Shown: piece by piece, positions 47,466 through 57,144 of the stretch
Position numbering within the stretch: the stretch's first letter is position 1
Layout of the letters: each line of letters starts with the position of its first letter
Position numbers and translations under genes: made by a program
Virus record (IMG/VR): IMGVR_UViG_3300009168_000041
Coordinates: 1 to 64,000 of that record
Reading direction: 5' to 3' (one strand)
Length of the DNA: 64,000 nt
From: a virus
Notes under the pieces: generated by a model
What the model saw: the letters and a program-made list of their open reading frames with translations, nothing else
The model's database searches: none
Told to the model about the DNA's origin: nothing

Positions 47466-48194
47466 ATGGCCACCAACCTATCCGCCACTGTGACCGGGGG
47501 TATCAATTACTCGTACACCAAATCGGACACGCTCAACGCCGTTTCCGAAGCGTTGAGCATGAACACGGCCAATTCCTATGCGTTCGGCAAGGGGTCCAGT
47601 AAGGCAGAGATCATCTATCGCGCCCGCGTCACAGTCACGACGGGCAGCCCCAACCAGGATATCACGCTCTATGGCGTACTGGCCGACGTGTTCGGCGATG
47701 ACGTGGATATCGAGGTTTTGCGCGGCATCTACATCCACAATCGAAGCACGACGGCCGGCGACAATATCTATGTCGGGCCGCTCGGGGTGAGCAACCCGCT
47801 CTTGGGGCCGTGGATTGACGCTGATGGGAACAACAAAGTGGGGCCGGGCGGTACGCTTCTGCTTGACAATCCGCTCGATGGGTACGCCCTGGAAAACGAC
47901 GCCGATACGATCCGCATTCAGTATCAGGGCACCTCTGGCAGTATCGACGTGGATGTCTGCTTCCTTGGAAACGAAGGCGACTTTGTTTCCTCGTCTTCTT
48001 CGTCTACGTCCAGCAGCAGCAGCAAGTCCGTCAGTTCCTCTTCCACGTCGAGTACAAACAGCAATTCGTCAAGCTCGACTTCAAGCAGTACGTCTAGCAA
48101 GTCCACCCGAAGCTCGTCTAGCTCGCAATCGGCGTCTAAGTCGTCGTCGTCAACCAGCAATAGCAGCAGTTCCGAAAGTTCGGTCGAGGCGTAG
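47466..48194 (+). CDS. Tail-associated protein, paralog 1, with C-terminal Ser tract
   Basis: DVFGD, NRSTT, VGP, DNPLDGY; Ser tract 47988-48183. Confidence 0.65.
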   Translation: MATNLSATVTGGINYSYTKSDTLNAVSEALSMNTANSYAFGKGSSKAEIIYRARVTVTTGSPNQDITLYGVLADVFGDDVDIEVLRGIYIHNRSTTAGDNIYVGPLGVSNPLLGPWIDADGNNKVGPGGTLLLDNPLDGYALENDADTIRIQYQGTSGSIDVDVCFLGNEGDFVSSSSSSTSSSSSKSVSSSSTSSTNSNSSSSTSSSTSSKSTRSSSSSQSASKSSSSTSNSSSSESSVEA

Positions 48195-48223
48195 TAGAGT
48201 CGTAAACCACACAAGAACCGGGT

Positions 48224-48736
48224 ATGTCCAACACCCTTGAAGCGACGGTCACTTGCGGGGCTCAATGGAGCTTTGAGCGGTCTGATGATATCGGAACCGC
48301 CAGGGACGCAAGCAGCGTGTCGCAAACCACGGAATATGCCAATGGCGAAGACGCCAGCCAAGCGACTGTCATTTTTCGCGACCGCCTCACGCTTACCCTG
48401 GCTGACACAACTCACGACATCGACTTGAAAACAGCCATAGATATCTACGGCGATGCCTGTGCTATGACGAGTGTGCGGGCGATTTACCTGAAAAACCGCA
48501 GTGCCGTCTCTGGCGATTGGGTGCGAATCGGGCCGCAGAGTGCCGCTAATGCACTCGCGAAGCCGTGGGGGTTCGTTGCCGCCGGATACAACCGGATTGG
48601 ATGCGGGGCAGTATTCTGCTTGAACGACCCAATCGACGGGTTCCCGGTAACTGATACTGCCAAGGTGGTTCGTATCAAGCATGATGGCGCGTCTTACTCC
48701 CTGGTTGTGGACATTGCAATCGTGGGGGTGCGGTAA
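48224..48736 (+). CDS. Tail-associated protein, paralog 2 (no Ser tract)
   Basis: DIYGD, NRS, IGP, DPIDGF. Confidence 0.65.
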   Translation: MSNTLEATVTCGAQWSFERSDDIGTARDASSVSQTTEYANGEDASQATVIFRDRLTLTLADTTHDIDLKTAIDIYGDACAMTSVRAIYLKNRSAVSGDWVRIGPQSAANALAKPWGFVAAGYNRIGCGAVFCLNDPIDGFPVTDTAKVVRIKHDGASYSLVVDIAIVGVR

Positions 48737-49800
48737 TGGCTGTTACCAAAAATCTTAACGCGACAACGACGGGCGGCGTCAAGTGGACGTTCTCAAAAGC
48801 CCAGGGGCTAGAGACGGCATCGGAAACCGTAACCTACTTCGGTGGCAGTACGCTCATTGGGGCGGGGCAAGTTTATACCGCCGACGTGACGCTGACGGAC
48901 GCCTCAATCAATCTGGATGTCGTATTGACCGGCGTTGGCGCACCGGATGATATCTACGGCGATGTGTTGGCGTTCAACCAGCTTATGGCCCTGGTTGTGT
49001 GGAATCGCTCGACCACGCCCGGGGATATGCTCAAGGTGGGGCCGATTCTCGCGTCCAATCCGCTGACAGAGCCGTGGGCCACATCCGATGGCATGAATGC
49101 AATCGGCCCCGGCGGCTCTCTCGTTATCGACAATCCGCTGGACGGGTACGACGTGGCGGCCGGAACGTCGGTTATTCGCATTCAGTACCAAGGTGTCAGC
49201 GGCTCGATTCGCGTCGGCGTGGCGGTCATCGGCTCAATTTCGACAGAGCTTGAGGAATCCAGTTCGTCGTCTGTCTCGTCATCGTCGAGTACCAGCACAT
49301 CGTCCGCGTCTTCTAGCAGCACGAGTTCCTCGTCTACTAGTTCGTCCAGCACAAGCAGCACGCTTCATATTCCGGAATCGAGTTCGTCATACTCGACGCT
49401 CTCGGACGTTAGTGAAAGCAGCAGCAGTACGGCCGGTGCTTCCTGGTCGTCATCGTCAAGTAGCTCATCGAAGTCGGTATCCAGTTCTTCAACTTCATCG
49501 TCCAGCACGGCAGAAGCAAGCTGGTCGTCTTCGTCTACTTCGGCAAGTTCTGCTTCTAGCTCGTCATCGTCTTCTGAGTCGCTGTCAAGTAAGAGCAGTA
49601 TGTCATCGTCGGCGTCAACGAGCAGCACGGCCCAGCAATCGTGGTCCAGTTCATCGAGCACCGGTCTTGAAAAATCAAGCAGTTCTCAGTCCAACACTAT
49701 GTCGGCATCCACTGCTACAAGTACATCGACAGAGGCACAGTGGTTCTATTCGTCGTCGTCGAGTCAATCCACAACGAGTACCTCGTCACCACCACCCTAA
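48736..49800 (+). CDS. Tail-associated protein, paralog 3, with C-terminal Ser tract
   Basis: DIYGD, NRSTT, VGP, DNPLDGY; Ser tract 49258-49788. Confidence 0.65.
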   Translation: MAVTKNLNATTTGGVKWTFSKAQGLETASETVTYFGGSTLIGAGQVYTADVTLTDASINLDVVLTGVGAPDDIYGDVLAFNQLMALVVWNRSTTPGDMLKVGPILASNPLTEPWATSDGMNAIGPGGSLVIDNPLDGYDVAAGTSVIRIQYQGVSGSIRVGVAVIGSISTELEESSSSSVSSSSSTSTSSASSSSTSSSSTSSSSTSSTLHIPESSSSYSTLSDVSESSSSTAGASWSSSSSSSSKSVSSSSTSSSSTAEASWSSSSTSASSASSSSSSSESLSSKSSMSSSASTSSTAQQSWSSSSSTGLEKSSSSQSNTMSASTATSTSTEAQWFYSSSSSQSTTSTSSPPP

Positions 49801-49882
49801 TCAATAAACCGTAAACACATATCGAGGGCGCGGAAAGCTGGTGCGGTGCAATGCGTTTCTCAAGCAATAAGGAGCCACCGCA

Positions 49883-50275
49883 ATGGCTGCATACAGTGGA
49901 CAGAACGGAAAGGTCTTGGCCGGTGCCGTAACGCTTGCCGAGATCACCAAATGGACCTTCGACCCGAAGGCCAACATCAGCAAATGGGCGTCCAGCACAA
50001 CGCCCGGTTACAAGAAGGCCGTAGCCGGCGTCAAGGACGGGGCCGGCGGGTTCGACTTCAAGGTCGATAACACCGTGGCACCATACTTGGAGAGCCAGGG
50101 GGTCAAGGAAGGGGACAGCGTGACCTTGAACCTGTATCTCGATGCCACGCGATACTTCATCGTGCCGGCCTACATCGAGTCGCACCACTACGAAGTGGAT
50201 ATGGATGAGGGGCCGGTCGTTTCCGGCTCGGCGACATTCACCACGAATGGCGCTTGGACGCCCCCGACAACCTGA
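49883..50275 (+). CDS. Major tail tube protein
   Basis: SGQNGKV...ITKWTF...KAVAGVKD pattern; AAGGAG RBS; upstream of the chaperone. Confidence 0.75.
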   Translation: MAAYSGQNGKVLAGAVTLAEITKWTFDPKANISKWASSTTPGYKKAVAGVKDGAGGFDFKVDNTVAPYLESQGVKEGDSVTLNLYLDATRYFIVPAYIESHHYEVDMDEGPVVSGSATFTTNGAWTPPTT

Positions 50276-50314
50276 TATTACTAACCTAACACCATGACAA
50301 AAAGGACGTAACCA

Positions 50315-50857
50315 ATGGATGGATTAGGGCGAGCGATCGGCGCGGGTGTGCCAATTCAGTTCAGTGGCGAGACTCTGATTCTCGATCCCGTGACGGTCAG
50401 CGACTTTGGCCTTATCGAGCAAGAGCTTTTGTCGCGTCGGCCAAACCCAATGGACCTGACCAGGAAGGAGGCCCAGGCGTTCATTTTGGACGCGGCCAAA
50501 CTTGGAAGTAGTGCCGAAGATGAATTTCTGCGCAAGCAGTACATTGCTATGGCAGAAAAGATCATGGCTGACGGCATGGCGGCGGCTCGCAAAGCGAATG
50601 GAATTAAGCCGACAGAGGTGGCCGAGTGGCTCGATACGTTCGACGGGGTTCAGTTCACCCTCTGGCTGAAGCTCGACCAGCGGTATCCAGACCGGTTCTT
50701 CACGCTCGACAAAATCAAGGAGGTCATGCAGTCGATGCAGGAGGATGAAATCGAGCGGCTGAAGAAGCTTCGCGACCAGGCGAGCGGGCTCGACGAACTG
50801 GGAAACTCGACTGGCCCGACCTCCAAGGCTCCGGGGGCCGGGCAAACTGGCGTCTGA
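50315..50857 (+). CDS. Tail assembly chaperone (G)
   Basis: Between tube and tape measure; contains the slippery site. Confidence 0.75.
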   Translation: MDGLGRAIGAGVPIQFSGETLILDPVTVSDFGLIEQELLSRRPNPMDLTRKEAQAFILDAAKLGSSAEDEFLRKQYIAMAEKIMADGMAAARKANGIKPTEVAEWLDTFDGVQFTLWLKLDQRYPDRFFTLDKIKEVMQSMQEDEIERLKKLRDQASGLDELGNSTGPTSKAPGAGQTGV

Positions 50858-51099
50858 TACTGCGGGAATTGGCCGAATGCGATGGCCACTATGACGCAGA
50901 AACGGTAGGCAAGTGGACGTGGTATCAATTCCGCATGTACACCTGCGATAAGAAGATGCTGCGAGGCAACAAGATGGAATTCGACAGTCTTGAGGCGGCA
51001 CGGGAAGCCGTTGAAAAGATGAAGGCAGAGCGGCTGCAAAAGTTTGACCGGCCGGAGAGCCAATCCGAGGGTGAGGGTAAGTGTGAGGGTGCGTCATGA
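50800..51099 (+). other. -1 programmed frameshift (G GGA AAC) and GT-extension frame
   Basis: X XXY YYZ heptamer 50800-50806 correctly phased; -1 frame open to the stop at 51099. Confidence 0.8.
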
Positions 51100-52691
51100 C
51101 TGCCCTGGCTGAAGCCTACGTAACGATCCGCGCAGACGATGCCCGACTGCCTGGCGAACTGAATAAGGTTCAGTCGATGTTTGGCCGGGCGGCCGACAAC
51201 ATCGCGGCCAAGTTTGCCATGACGGGCTATGTGTTCCGGAGGTTAGTGGACGTTGGAAAGGAATTTGCCCATGCCGTGGCTTCCGAGGAGGAAGAGGCGT
51301 CCAAGTTCGCGGCCATCGTGGACGCGAGCGGGCGCGGCGAGTATTTCCGGCAAATGGTATCGCGGTTTGGCGAGGCGAGCGAAGCGGCCACCGCATTCAG
51401 CAGCGACGCTGTGCGGGCCGCGGCCACGGCGATCGCGTCATTTCAGACGCTTGGCGATGACACGCTCGGACAGGTACTAAAGGCATCGCGGGATGTGACG
51501 GCGTTGTTCGGCGGCGACTTCGCGATGAATGCTCGCACGTTAGCGATGGTGCTGGAGCGGCCGGAAATGGCGAACCGGCGGCTGCGGTCAATGAAAATCA
51601 GTCTGACGGCGGCGGAGCAGCAGTACATCAAGACGCTCATGGAATCGGGGCGGCTTGCCGAGGCCCAGGCGGCGGTCATGGAGGTAGTGACGCGCAAGAC
51701 AGCCAACGGTGCCGAGAGAATGGCGGGGACGCTGGTGTCATTGTGGAGGCGGGTACGGATACAGGTGGAGGAAACCGCTGAGTCGATTGGCGTCAAGATG
51801 GCGGATTCGCTGAAAGCGGCAGCAAACGCGGCGATTGACTTTATGAAGAGCGTTCGCTGGTTGGTTGAAGGCGATACGCTGGTAGGCAAGTTGACGATGG
51901 TTGCGGCAAAGTTCCTTGCGTTGGGTATGGCCGTCAACGTCGTGGCGGCCGTCTGGGTATCCGTTCGGTCGATTTTGTTCGGCACCATGCCGTGGTGGAT
52001 GTGGCTGGCTGCCGGAATCACGGCGGTGGTGACAAGCCTTTTCGATATGAAGGACATTTTGGGGGCAATCCAAAACCCGTGGGTTTTGTGGATCGCAGGA
52101 CTGACGGCGGCGGTACTTGTGTTGCCGAAATTGATTCGACTGATGAAGGAATTGTATGTTGCCATTGTGGCTGTTGGTTGGTCGATCAAAACGGCAGGGT
52201 GGGGAGCATTGCTCGGGGCGTCGGCTTCGGCAGGCGTTGTTGGTGGCGTAGTCGGCGGCGGCATCTTAGCGGCAGGTGGCTTAAAGTCGCTATACGAAAA
52301 GATGGTAGGAGCAAATACGGAAGAGATGACCCCAGACGTGGCTTCCAGGTTCAGAAAACAAGGCGGCGTATTTGGATACCTTCTAGGGCCAGAACCAAGC
52401 GGAGACACCAGTAAGGGCACTGTGATATCCAAGTGGATTGCGGATGCATTCGGACAGATATCAGGTCTTGCGTCTAAAGCATTTCCTGGAATTGGCGGCG
52501 GTGCCGGAGGGGCATCCAAGGGGGTTGGGTTCGTAGACGTTGTTCAGTGGTCCAGCCAATTTCAAGAGGCCATTCTAAAGAAAAGCGACCCTGTAGTCGG
52601 TGCCATAGAAGACAACACATCGGCTACGCGAGACGTTGAAACCGCAGTCAATCGTATGCGAGGGGATATGGGGGGAGGAACCTATCCGTGA
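51096..52691 (+). CDS. Tape measure protein (short, 531 aa)
   Basis: LAEAYVTIRAD N-terminus, Ala-rich helices, hydrophobic segments. Confidence 0.8.
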   Translation: MTALAEAYVTIRADDARLPGELNKVQSMFGRAADNIAAKFAMTGYVFRRLVDVGKEFAHAVASEEEEASKFAAIVDASGRGEYFRQMVSRFGEASEAATAFSSDAVRAAATAIASFQTLGDDTLGQVLKASRDVTALFGGDFAMNARTLAMVLERPEMANRRLRSMKISLTAAEQQYIKTLMESGRLAEAQAAVMEVVTRKTANGAERMAGTLVSLWRRVRIQVEETAESIGVKMADSLKAAANAAIDFMKSVRWLVEGDTLVGKLTMVAAKFLALGMAVNVVAAVWVSVRSILFGTMPWWMWLAAGITAVVTSLFDMKDILGAIQNPWVLWIAGLTAAVLVLPKLIRLMKELYVAIVAVGWSIKTAGWGALLGASASAGVVGGVVGGGILAAGGLKSLYEKMVGANTEEMTPDVASRFRKQGGVFGYLLGPEPSGDTSKGTVISKWIADAFGQISGLASKAFPGIGGGAGGASKGVGFVDVVQWSSQFQEAILKKSDPVVGAIEDNTSATRDVETAVNRMRGDMGGGTYP

Positions 52692-53635
52692 GCGGAACAA
52701 TCACAATACCAGCTTCTGGTGGAAGCTTCGATATTGAGGAACTTGACGGCCCAAAGCTTTCGGGAACGCGCGACGGGCCCACCGGCATCCGCACCTTTAA
52801 GGTGCCGTGGACAAAAGTGGAGGCGTTTTTGGGATACGTCTTTCCTCCTATCGTCAATCGCGGCACGGCATGGTCGTTTCCCGACCCGCAGACATTCACT
52901 TTGGGCACCAGTCCGTCGTTTAGTCATCTGTTGGCAATCGCCTATGAAGTCGAGCCCTTCGATCCAGATGCGACGACTGGAATAGACGCGAACAATTTGC
53001 GGAACTATCTTGATACCGTCGGGTCCAGAATAACAATCTCCTATGGACCGGCACCATACGACAAAAGCCGAAAGGACTGGATTGCCAAGGGGTCGTCTCT
53101 GTGCGTCGATTGGTCTACGGAATTTTCCGCCCAAATGCTGCGGCTAGGAAAGCCAGGATGGGTGTGGGTAACGCAGGTATCGAAGCCGCCTATCAAAAGC
53201 GAAGAGGTTTCTTTGGGAAAGATGGTTCCGTGCGAGGAGCACAACCTGGAGTGGTTGTATGTTCCCGAGCCGCCGCTCAATACGATCCGTGCTACGATCG
53301 GATGCGTGAACAATGATAAGTTCTTGTTCAACGCGCCGCCGGAGACGCTCTTGCTTGTCGGCGCGCGGACGAGACGGTCGTGGACGGTCACCGGGCAGGA
53401 GTGCTACACAGTGAGCTATAAGATCCTCGACAGGTGGATCAAGTCATCCGTGCAGCCTTACGTGGGGTGGAATTTCGTGTGGAATCCCGACAGGAACCCG
53501 CCGGGATGGGACCAGCCGGCGTATGCCAGTGGGTCAAGCGGCTCTGACAACTACGACAGTTACCTGTACAAGCGAATGGACTTCAAGGATTTGTTTAAGC
53601 GTGACGACACCTTCGACGTGAAGCAGCAAAACTGA
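52688..53635 (+). CDS. Distal tail/baseplate protein (putative)
   Basis: Immediately after tape measure; IGCVN..F...PPETLLL and GWN motifs. Confidence 0.55.
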   Translation: MSGTITIPASGGSFDIEELDGPKLSGTRDGPTGIRTFKVPWTKVEAFLGYVFPPIVNRGTAWSFPDPQTFTLGTSPSFSHLLAIAYEVEPFDPDATTGIDANNLRNYLDTVGSRITISYGPAPYDKSRKDWIAKGSSLCVDWSTEFSAQMLRLGKPGWVWVTQVSKPPIKSEEVSLGKMVPCEEHNLEWLYVPEPPLNTIRATIGCVNNDKFLFNAPPETLLLVGARTRRSWTVTGQECYTVSYKILDRWIKSSVQPYVGWNFVWNPDRNPPGWDQPAYASGSSGSDNYDSYLYKRMDFKDLFKRDDTFDVKQQN

Positions 53636-54582
53636 TGAACGCCGACTACATTCGCAAGTATGACATTCCAATTCCTGGTCGGGCACCCCACGGCGCTCCG
53701 GTTGGAATTCGGCGCGCATTTCAGCGGGAGAATATAGGAGATTTGCGATCACTGCTTGAAGGCGTCAACGAATCGGTCGGGATTGACGCCAGTGTGCCGC
53801 AACAAACTCTCATCATCCAACTCATGGAACTTGACGAGGATTTGCCGGCTTATGACGAATCAGCAACGCCAGACGACAATGGCGTCATGCCGTGGGACGG
53901 CAAGAAGGCGACGCCGCTATACTGGGACGCCGCGGGGAAGAAGTTTGCGCGGATCGAGTCGCAACAGAAGTTGAACGTGTGCAACCCGTATGAGTTACGG
54001 CATTACCATTATCATGACCGCGTGCCACTCCTGTATCTTCCGCAAGCGGTAAAGTGGGTGCCAACTCGATACGGAGAGGAATCCACTGGTGTCGTCATCG
54101 CGAATCCATCTCAGATGACCATTCCAAGTGATGGTTCGGCTGCACACATTAAATGGGAGTTAGGCGCATACGGCGCGTATGGTCCAGATGGCACTTCCAT
54201 TGACGACAACGGAGATATCGTACTTTCTCCATCATGGAGCGGCACGCTTCTGAAAGCACACTTCAATCTGGTGACATACGGGCCGTGGGCTTCAGGAGAG
54301 GGACCGTGGCATGGTCTTGTAATGTTTGGTCGTTATAGCGGTTCGTCTTCAGGCTCGGGCGCGTTATCCTCAATAATCGCGTCAGCACAAACCAATTTCT
54401 ATCCAGGAGGATCCAGCGGTAACGTCGGGTACCATGTGCTCTCTGGCTTTGAGATATTCATCCCGGTAGGCGACGGAGAAACACTCTCCTATGGAATCAT
54501 GCAATTGAAGGGAAGCACCAATCCTTCAATTACTCCCATCGGTCTTACGTCGGGAGTATGTTACATTGAGCCCGTTGTGTAG
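53635..54582 (+). CDS. Tail tip protein (putative)
   Basis: Last + gene of the tail operon; beta-rich, lower-GC C-terminal half. Confidence 0.45.
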   Translation: MNADYIRKYDIPIPGRAPHGAPVGIRRAFQRENIGDLRSLLEGVNESVGIDASVPQQTLIIQLMELDEDLPAYDESATPDDNGVMPWDGKKATPLYWDAAGKKFARIESQQKLNVCNPYELRHYHYHDRVPLLYLPQAVKWVPTRYGEESTGVVIANPSQMTIPSDGSAAHIKWELGAYGAYGPDGTSIDDNGDIVLSPSWSGTLLKAHFNLVTYGPWASGEGPWHGLVMFGRYSGSSSGSGALSSIIASAQTNFYPGGSSGNVGYHVLSGFEIFIPVGDGETLSYGIMQLKGSTNPSITPIGLTSGVCYIEPVV

Positions 54583-54598
54583 CATCGATAGTATCCGG

Positions 54599-55063
54599 CT
54601 ACCACATTCCCTCTCCAGGAACGGGCGTATAGAGTGGAACGTAGGCTCCTGATATCTGGCAAGTTCCGTTGCCGCCGAAAGTCGCATTGACGTTTGCCGG
54701 TAGTGCCGAGCGAGGATGGAGAATAGCACCTTGCCAGACTGCGCAAACGGGAGACGGATTCCATGCCAGCGTCCAGTAGTAGCCTGCGCTGGACCAAAAC
54801 AAGACGCTTTCGGGCCGCCAATTGATTGCGGTTCCCGTGGCCGAAACGTACACCGTCACGTAAACCTGCCAAGGGCCAAGTTGCTTCACCACGGTTCTTC
54901 GGTACACCGTCATGCCGGATTGGATGCTATCAAGCACGAGAGTGTAATGGCCGTTCAGCGGGGAATTTATCCGCGAATTGTCTTGGACTCCGCTGATTGT
55001 AACCTCGCACGTTCCGACCGATTGAAACAGCGCGACCGACAGGAAAAGACCAAACAGATTCAT
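54599..55063 (-). CDS. Secreted beta-rich protein, moron-like
   Basis: AAGGAG RBS, signal peptide MNLFGLFLSVALFQS; opposite strand to its neighbours. Confidence 0.55.
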   Translation of the reverse strand: MNLFGLFLSVALFQSVGTCEVTISGVQDNSRINSPLNGHYTLVLDSIQSGMTVYRRTVVKQLGPWQVYVTVYVSATGTAINWRPESVLFWSSAGYYWTLAWNPSPVCAVWQGAILHPRSALPANVNATFGGNGTCQISGAYVPLYTPVPGEGMW

Positions 55064-55177
55064 GGAACACTCCTTCCCGGCGAGCCGGGAGAAAACGAGC
55101 CTTGCCACCGCCACCAGCCGCGGCTAGGCTTTGGGGTAGAAGAGTCGGCATGACCTTCGCCTCATCGCCGATTCTCT

Positions 55178-55213
55178 GAGCCCGGCGGACCACCCGCTGG
55201 GCTCTTCTATTTT
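55178..55213 (+). terminator. Terminator-like hairpin
   Basis: GAGCCCGGCGG / CCGCTGGGCTC then TTCTATTTT. Confidence 0.5.
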
Positions 55214-55441
55214 ACTCGGCCGGCAATCGCCAGTGTCAATAATCCCGTCGCGAATTCTACCGCCGAATTCCGCTGCGGTTATTTATTGTCGGTTATGGGT
55301 GGCATTATCCATTCGGATTTCGCCAGTTTCCCTTGACTTTACTACCCGCAATCGGCGAAACTACTCCCTTGGCGGTCTGGATGCCTATTCTCACGGCACC
55401 AGACGCCAGCATTACAGGCATTTGTCGTTCAGGGCGAGAAC

Positions 55442-56215
55442 ATGATGCCGGTCTTCCCACCCATCCAAGCTACTCCAGCTTGTCTAGTCGTTATCCCGGC
55501 CAGGATGGAATCCCAGCGATTCCCCGGCAAACCGCTGGCCGACGCGGCGGGCCACCCGCTTATCTGGCACGCCTGGCACGCCGCTGTGACGTGGCCGCGG
55601 GCTACGTCTGTGGTTGTAGCATCCCCGGATGACGCGATTCTGGACGCAGCCAGGGCGTTTGGCGCGGTCACTCAGCATACCTCCCCAGATTGCCGGTGCG
55701 GCAGTCAGCGGGCATTCGAGGTGTGGCAGCGAAACCCGAAATACCCAGTCTTGATAAACCTCCAGGCGGACGAGCCGCTCGTCACCCACGAAATGTTGGA
55801 TGCTTTGGCGTTTGCCGCCCGGCCGCAAGGCGGCACCACCATTGCCACACTGGCCGCCTCGTTTCCGGCCGGGCTGCCGACGCCGGACCCCAATGAAGTC
55901 AAGGTGATTTCCAGTCGTTTCGGCCGGGCCCTCTATTTCACCCGACATCCCATCGTCGGATCGCAGCGGCACATCGGCGTCTATGCGTTCAGCGGGCGAG
56001 GGATCTCGTTCATCAGCAACATTCCTGAGTCGGCGATTGGGGCGGCCGAGCGTCTGGAGCAGCTCGACTGGCTTGACGCGGGTTGGGACATACACGTGCA
56101 TAAGATTTCCGAGGCCCCGCTGAGCGTGAATACGCCGAGGGACTTGGATCGGTTGAAAGAGCGGTTGAAAGAACGGTTGAATGAGCAGACGAAAGAACAA
56201 GGGGAGGCAGCTTGA
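55442..56215 (+). CDS. kdsB: 3-deoxy-manno-octulosonate cytidylyltransferase (CMP-Kdo synthetase)
   Basis: IPARMESQRFPGKPL, INLQADEPL, ALYFTR, HIGVYAF, ERLEQL, VNTPRDL. Confidence 0.85.
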   Translation: MMPVFPPIQATPACLVVIPARMESQRFPGKPLADAAGHPLIWHAWHAAVTWPRATSVVVASPDDAILDAARAFGAVTQHTSPDCRCGSQRAFEVWQRNPKYPVLINLQADEPLVTHEMLDALAFAARPQGGTTIATLAASFPAGLPTPDPNEVKVISSRFGRALYFTRHPIVGSQRHIGVYAFSGRGISFISNIPESAIGAAERLEQLDWLDAGWDIHVHKISEAPLSVNTPRDLDRLKERLKERLNEQTKEQGEAA

Positions 56216-57144
56216 CCCAGCCCACCACCGTTAACCGCTTCGGAATGCTCAGCACTTGGGAGGATGTCTGCCACGGCGGGCACTGCTTCTTGCTTTGCGG
56301 CGGCCCGTCGATTCACACCATCGTGCCCGATAAGTCGGTGCTTCAGCATCGCGGCATTGTGACCTTCGCGTTCAACAATGTAGCGGCCTTGGTTCGGCCT
56401 AACTTCTGGACATACGGCGACTCGACCCGCAAGTTTCACGACGCGATATGGAAAGACCCGGGGATTATCAAGTTCGTTCCCTACCCGAAAATGGACAACA
56501 AGGTGCGGGAAAAGCGGCCCGACGCCGGCTTCGTTGAGACGGAGCTTCGCCCGCGTCAGTGCCCGGGGATCGTGGGCATTTCCCGCAACTCGGATATGAA
56601 TCCCGAGGGGTACTTGACGGAAGACACAATCAATTGGGGCGTCGGGGCCGATTCTCTGGTCAGACGGCTTACCCCCTGGTTGAAAGAAAACTTGAAGTTG
56701 CCGGACGACCAGCTAAAGTGGAAGCACGTCCGCCCGCTCATCGACAGCGGCCGGGTGCCGTCGGACGTGTTCCATTCGCTCTGTCCGTATCCCAAAGTGC
56801 TCTCGACGATGTTCCAAGCGGTGCGGCTGGTGTACTTCCTCGGATTCCGCGTGTGTTACTTGCTCGGGGCCGACTTCTCGATGGGCCAAGAGCAGCACTA
56901 CGCATTCGATGAGACGGGCAACCCTGGCACGGTGCGCGGAAACAACGGCTCGTACCCGAAGATTAACGAGATTTTCGGCGTACTTCGGCCGCACTTTGAC
57001 GCGGCGAATTTCCAGGTGTTCAACTGCAATCCTCGCTCGCAACTGATGGCGTTCGATTACATCGACTTCGCGGACGCCTACGGGTGGGCGACGGAACTGA
57101 TGCCGAAGAGCATAGATACGAGTGGGTGGTATGAGAAAGACTGA
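56212..57144 (+). CDS. Maf/DUF115-like putative CMP-sugar transferase
   Basis: LLCGGPS, FAFNN, YLLGADF, VFNCN motifs; overlaps the kdsB stop. Confidence 0.55.
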   Translation: MTQPTTVNRFGMLSTWEDVCHGGHCFLLCGGPSIHTIVPDKSVLQHRGIVTFAFNNVAALVRPNFWTYGDSTRKFHDAIWKDPGIIKFVPYPKMDNKVREKRPDAGFVETELRPRQCPGIVGISRNSDMNPEGYLTEDTINWGVGADSLVRRLTPWLKENLKLPDDQLKWKHVRPLIDSGRVPSDVFHSLCPYPKVLSTMFQAVRLVYFLGFRVCYLLGADFSMGQEQHYAFDETGNPGTVRGNNGSYPKINEIFGVLRPHFDAANFQVFNCNPRSQLMAFDYIDFADAYGWATELMPKSIDTSGWYEKD

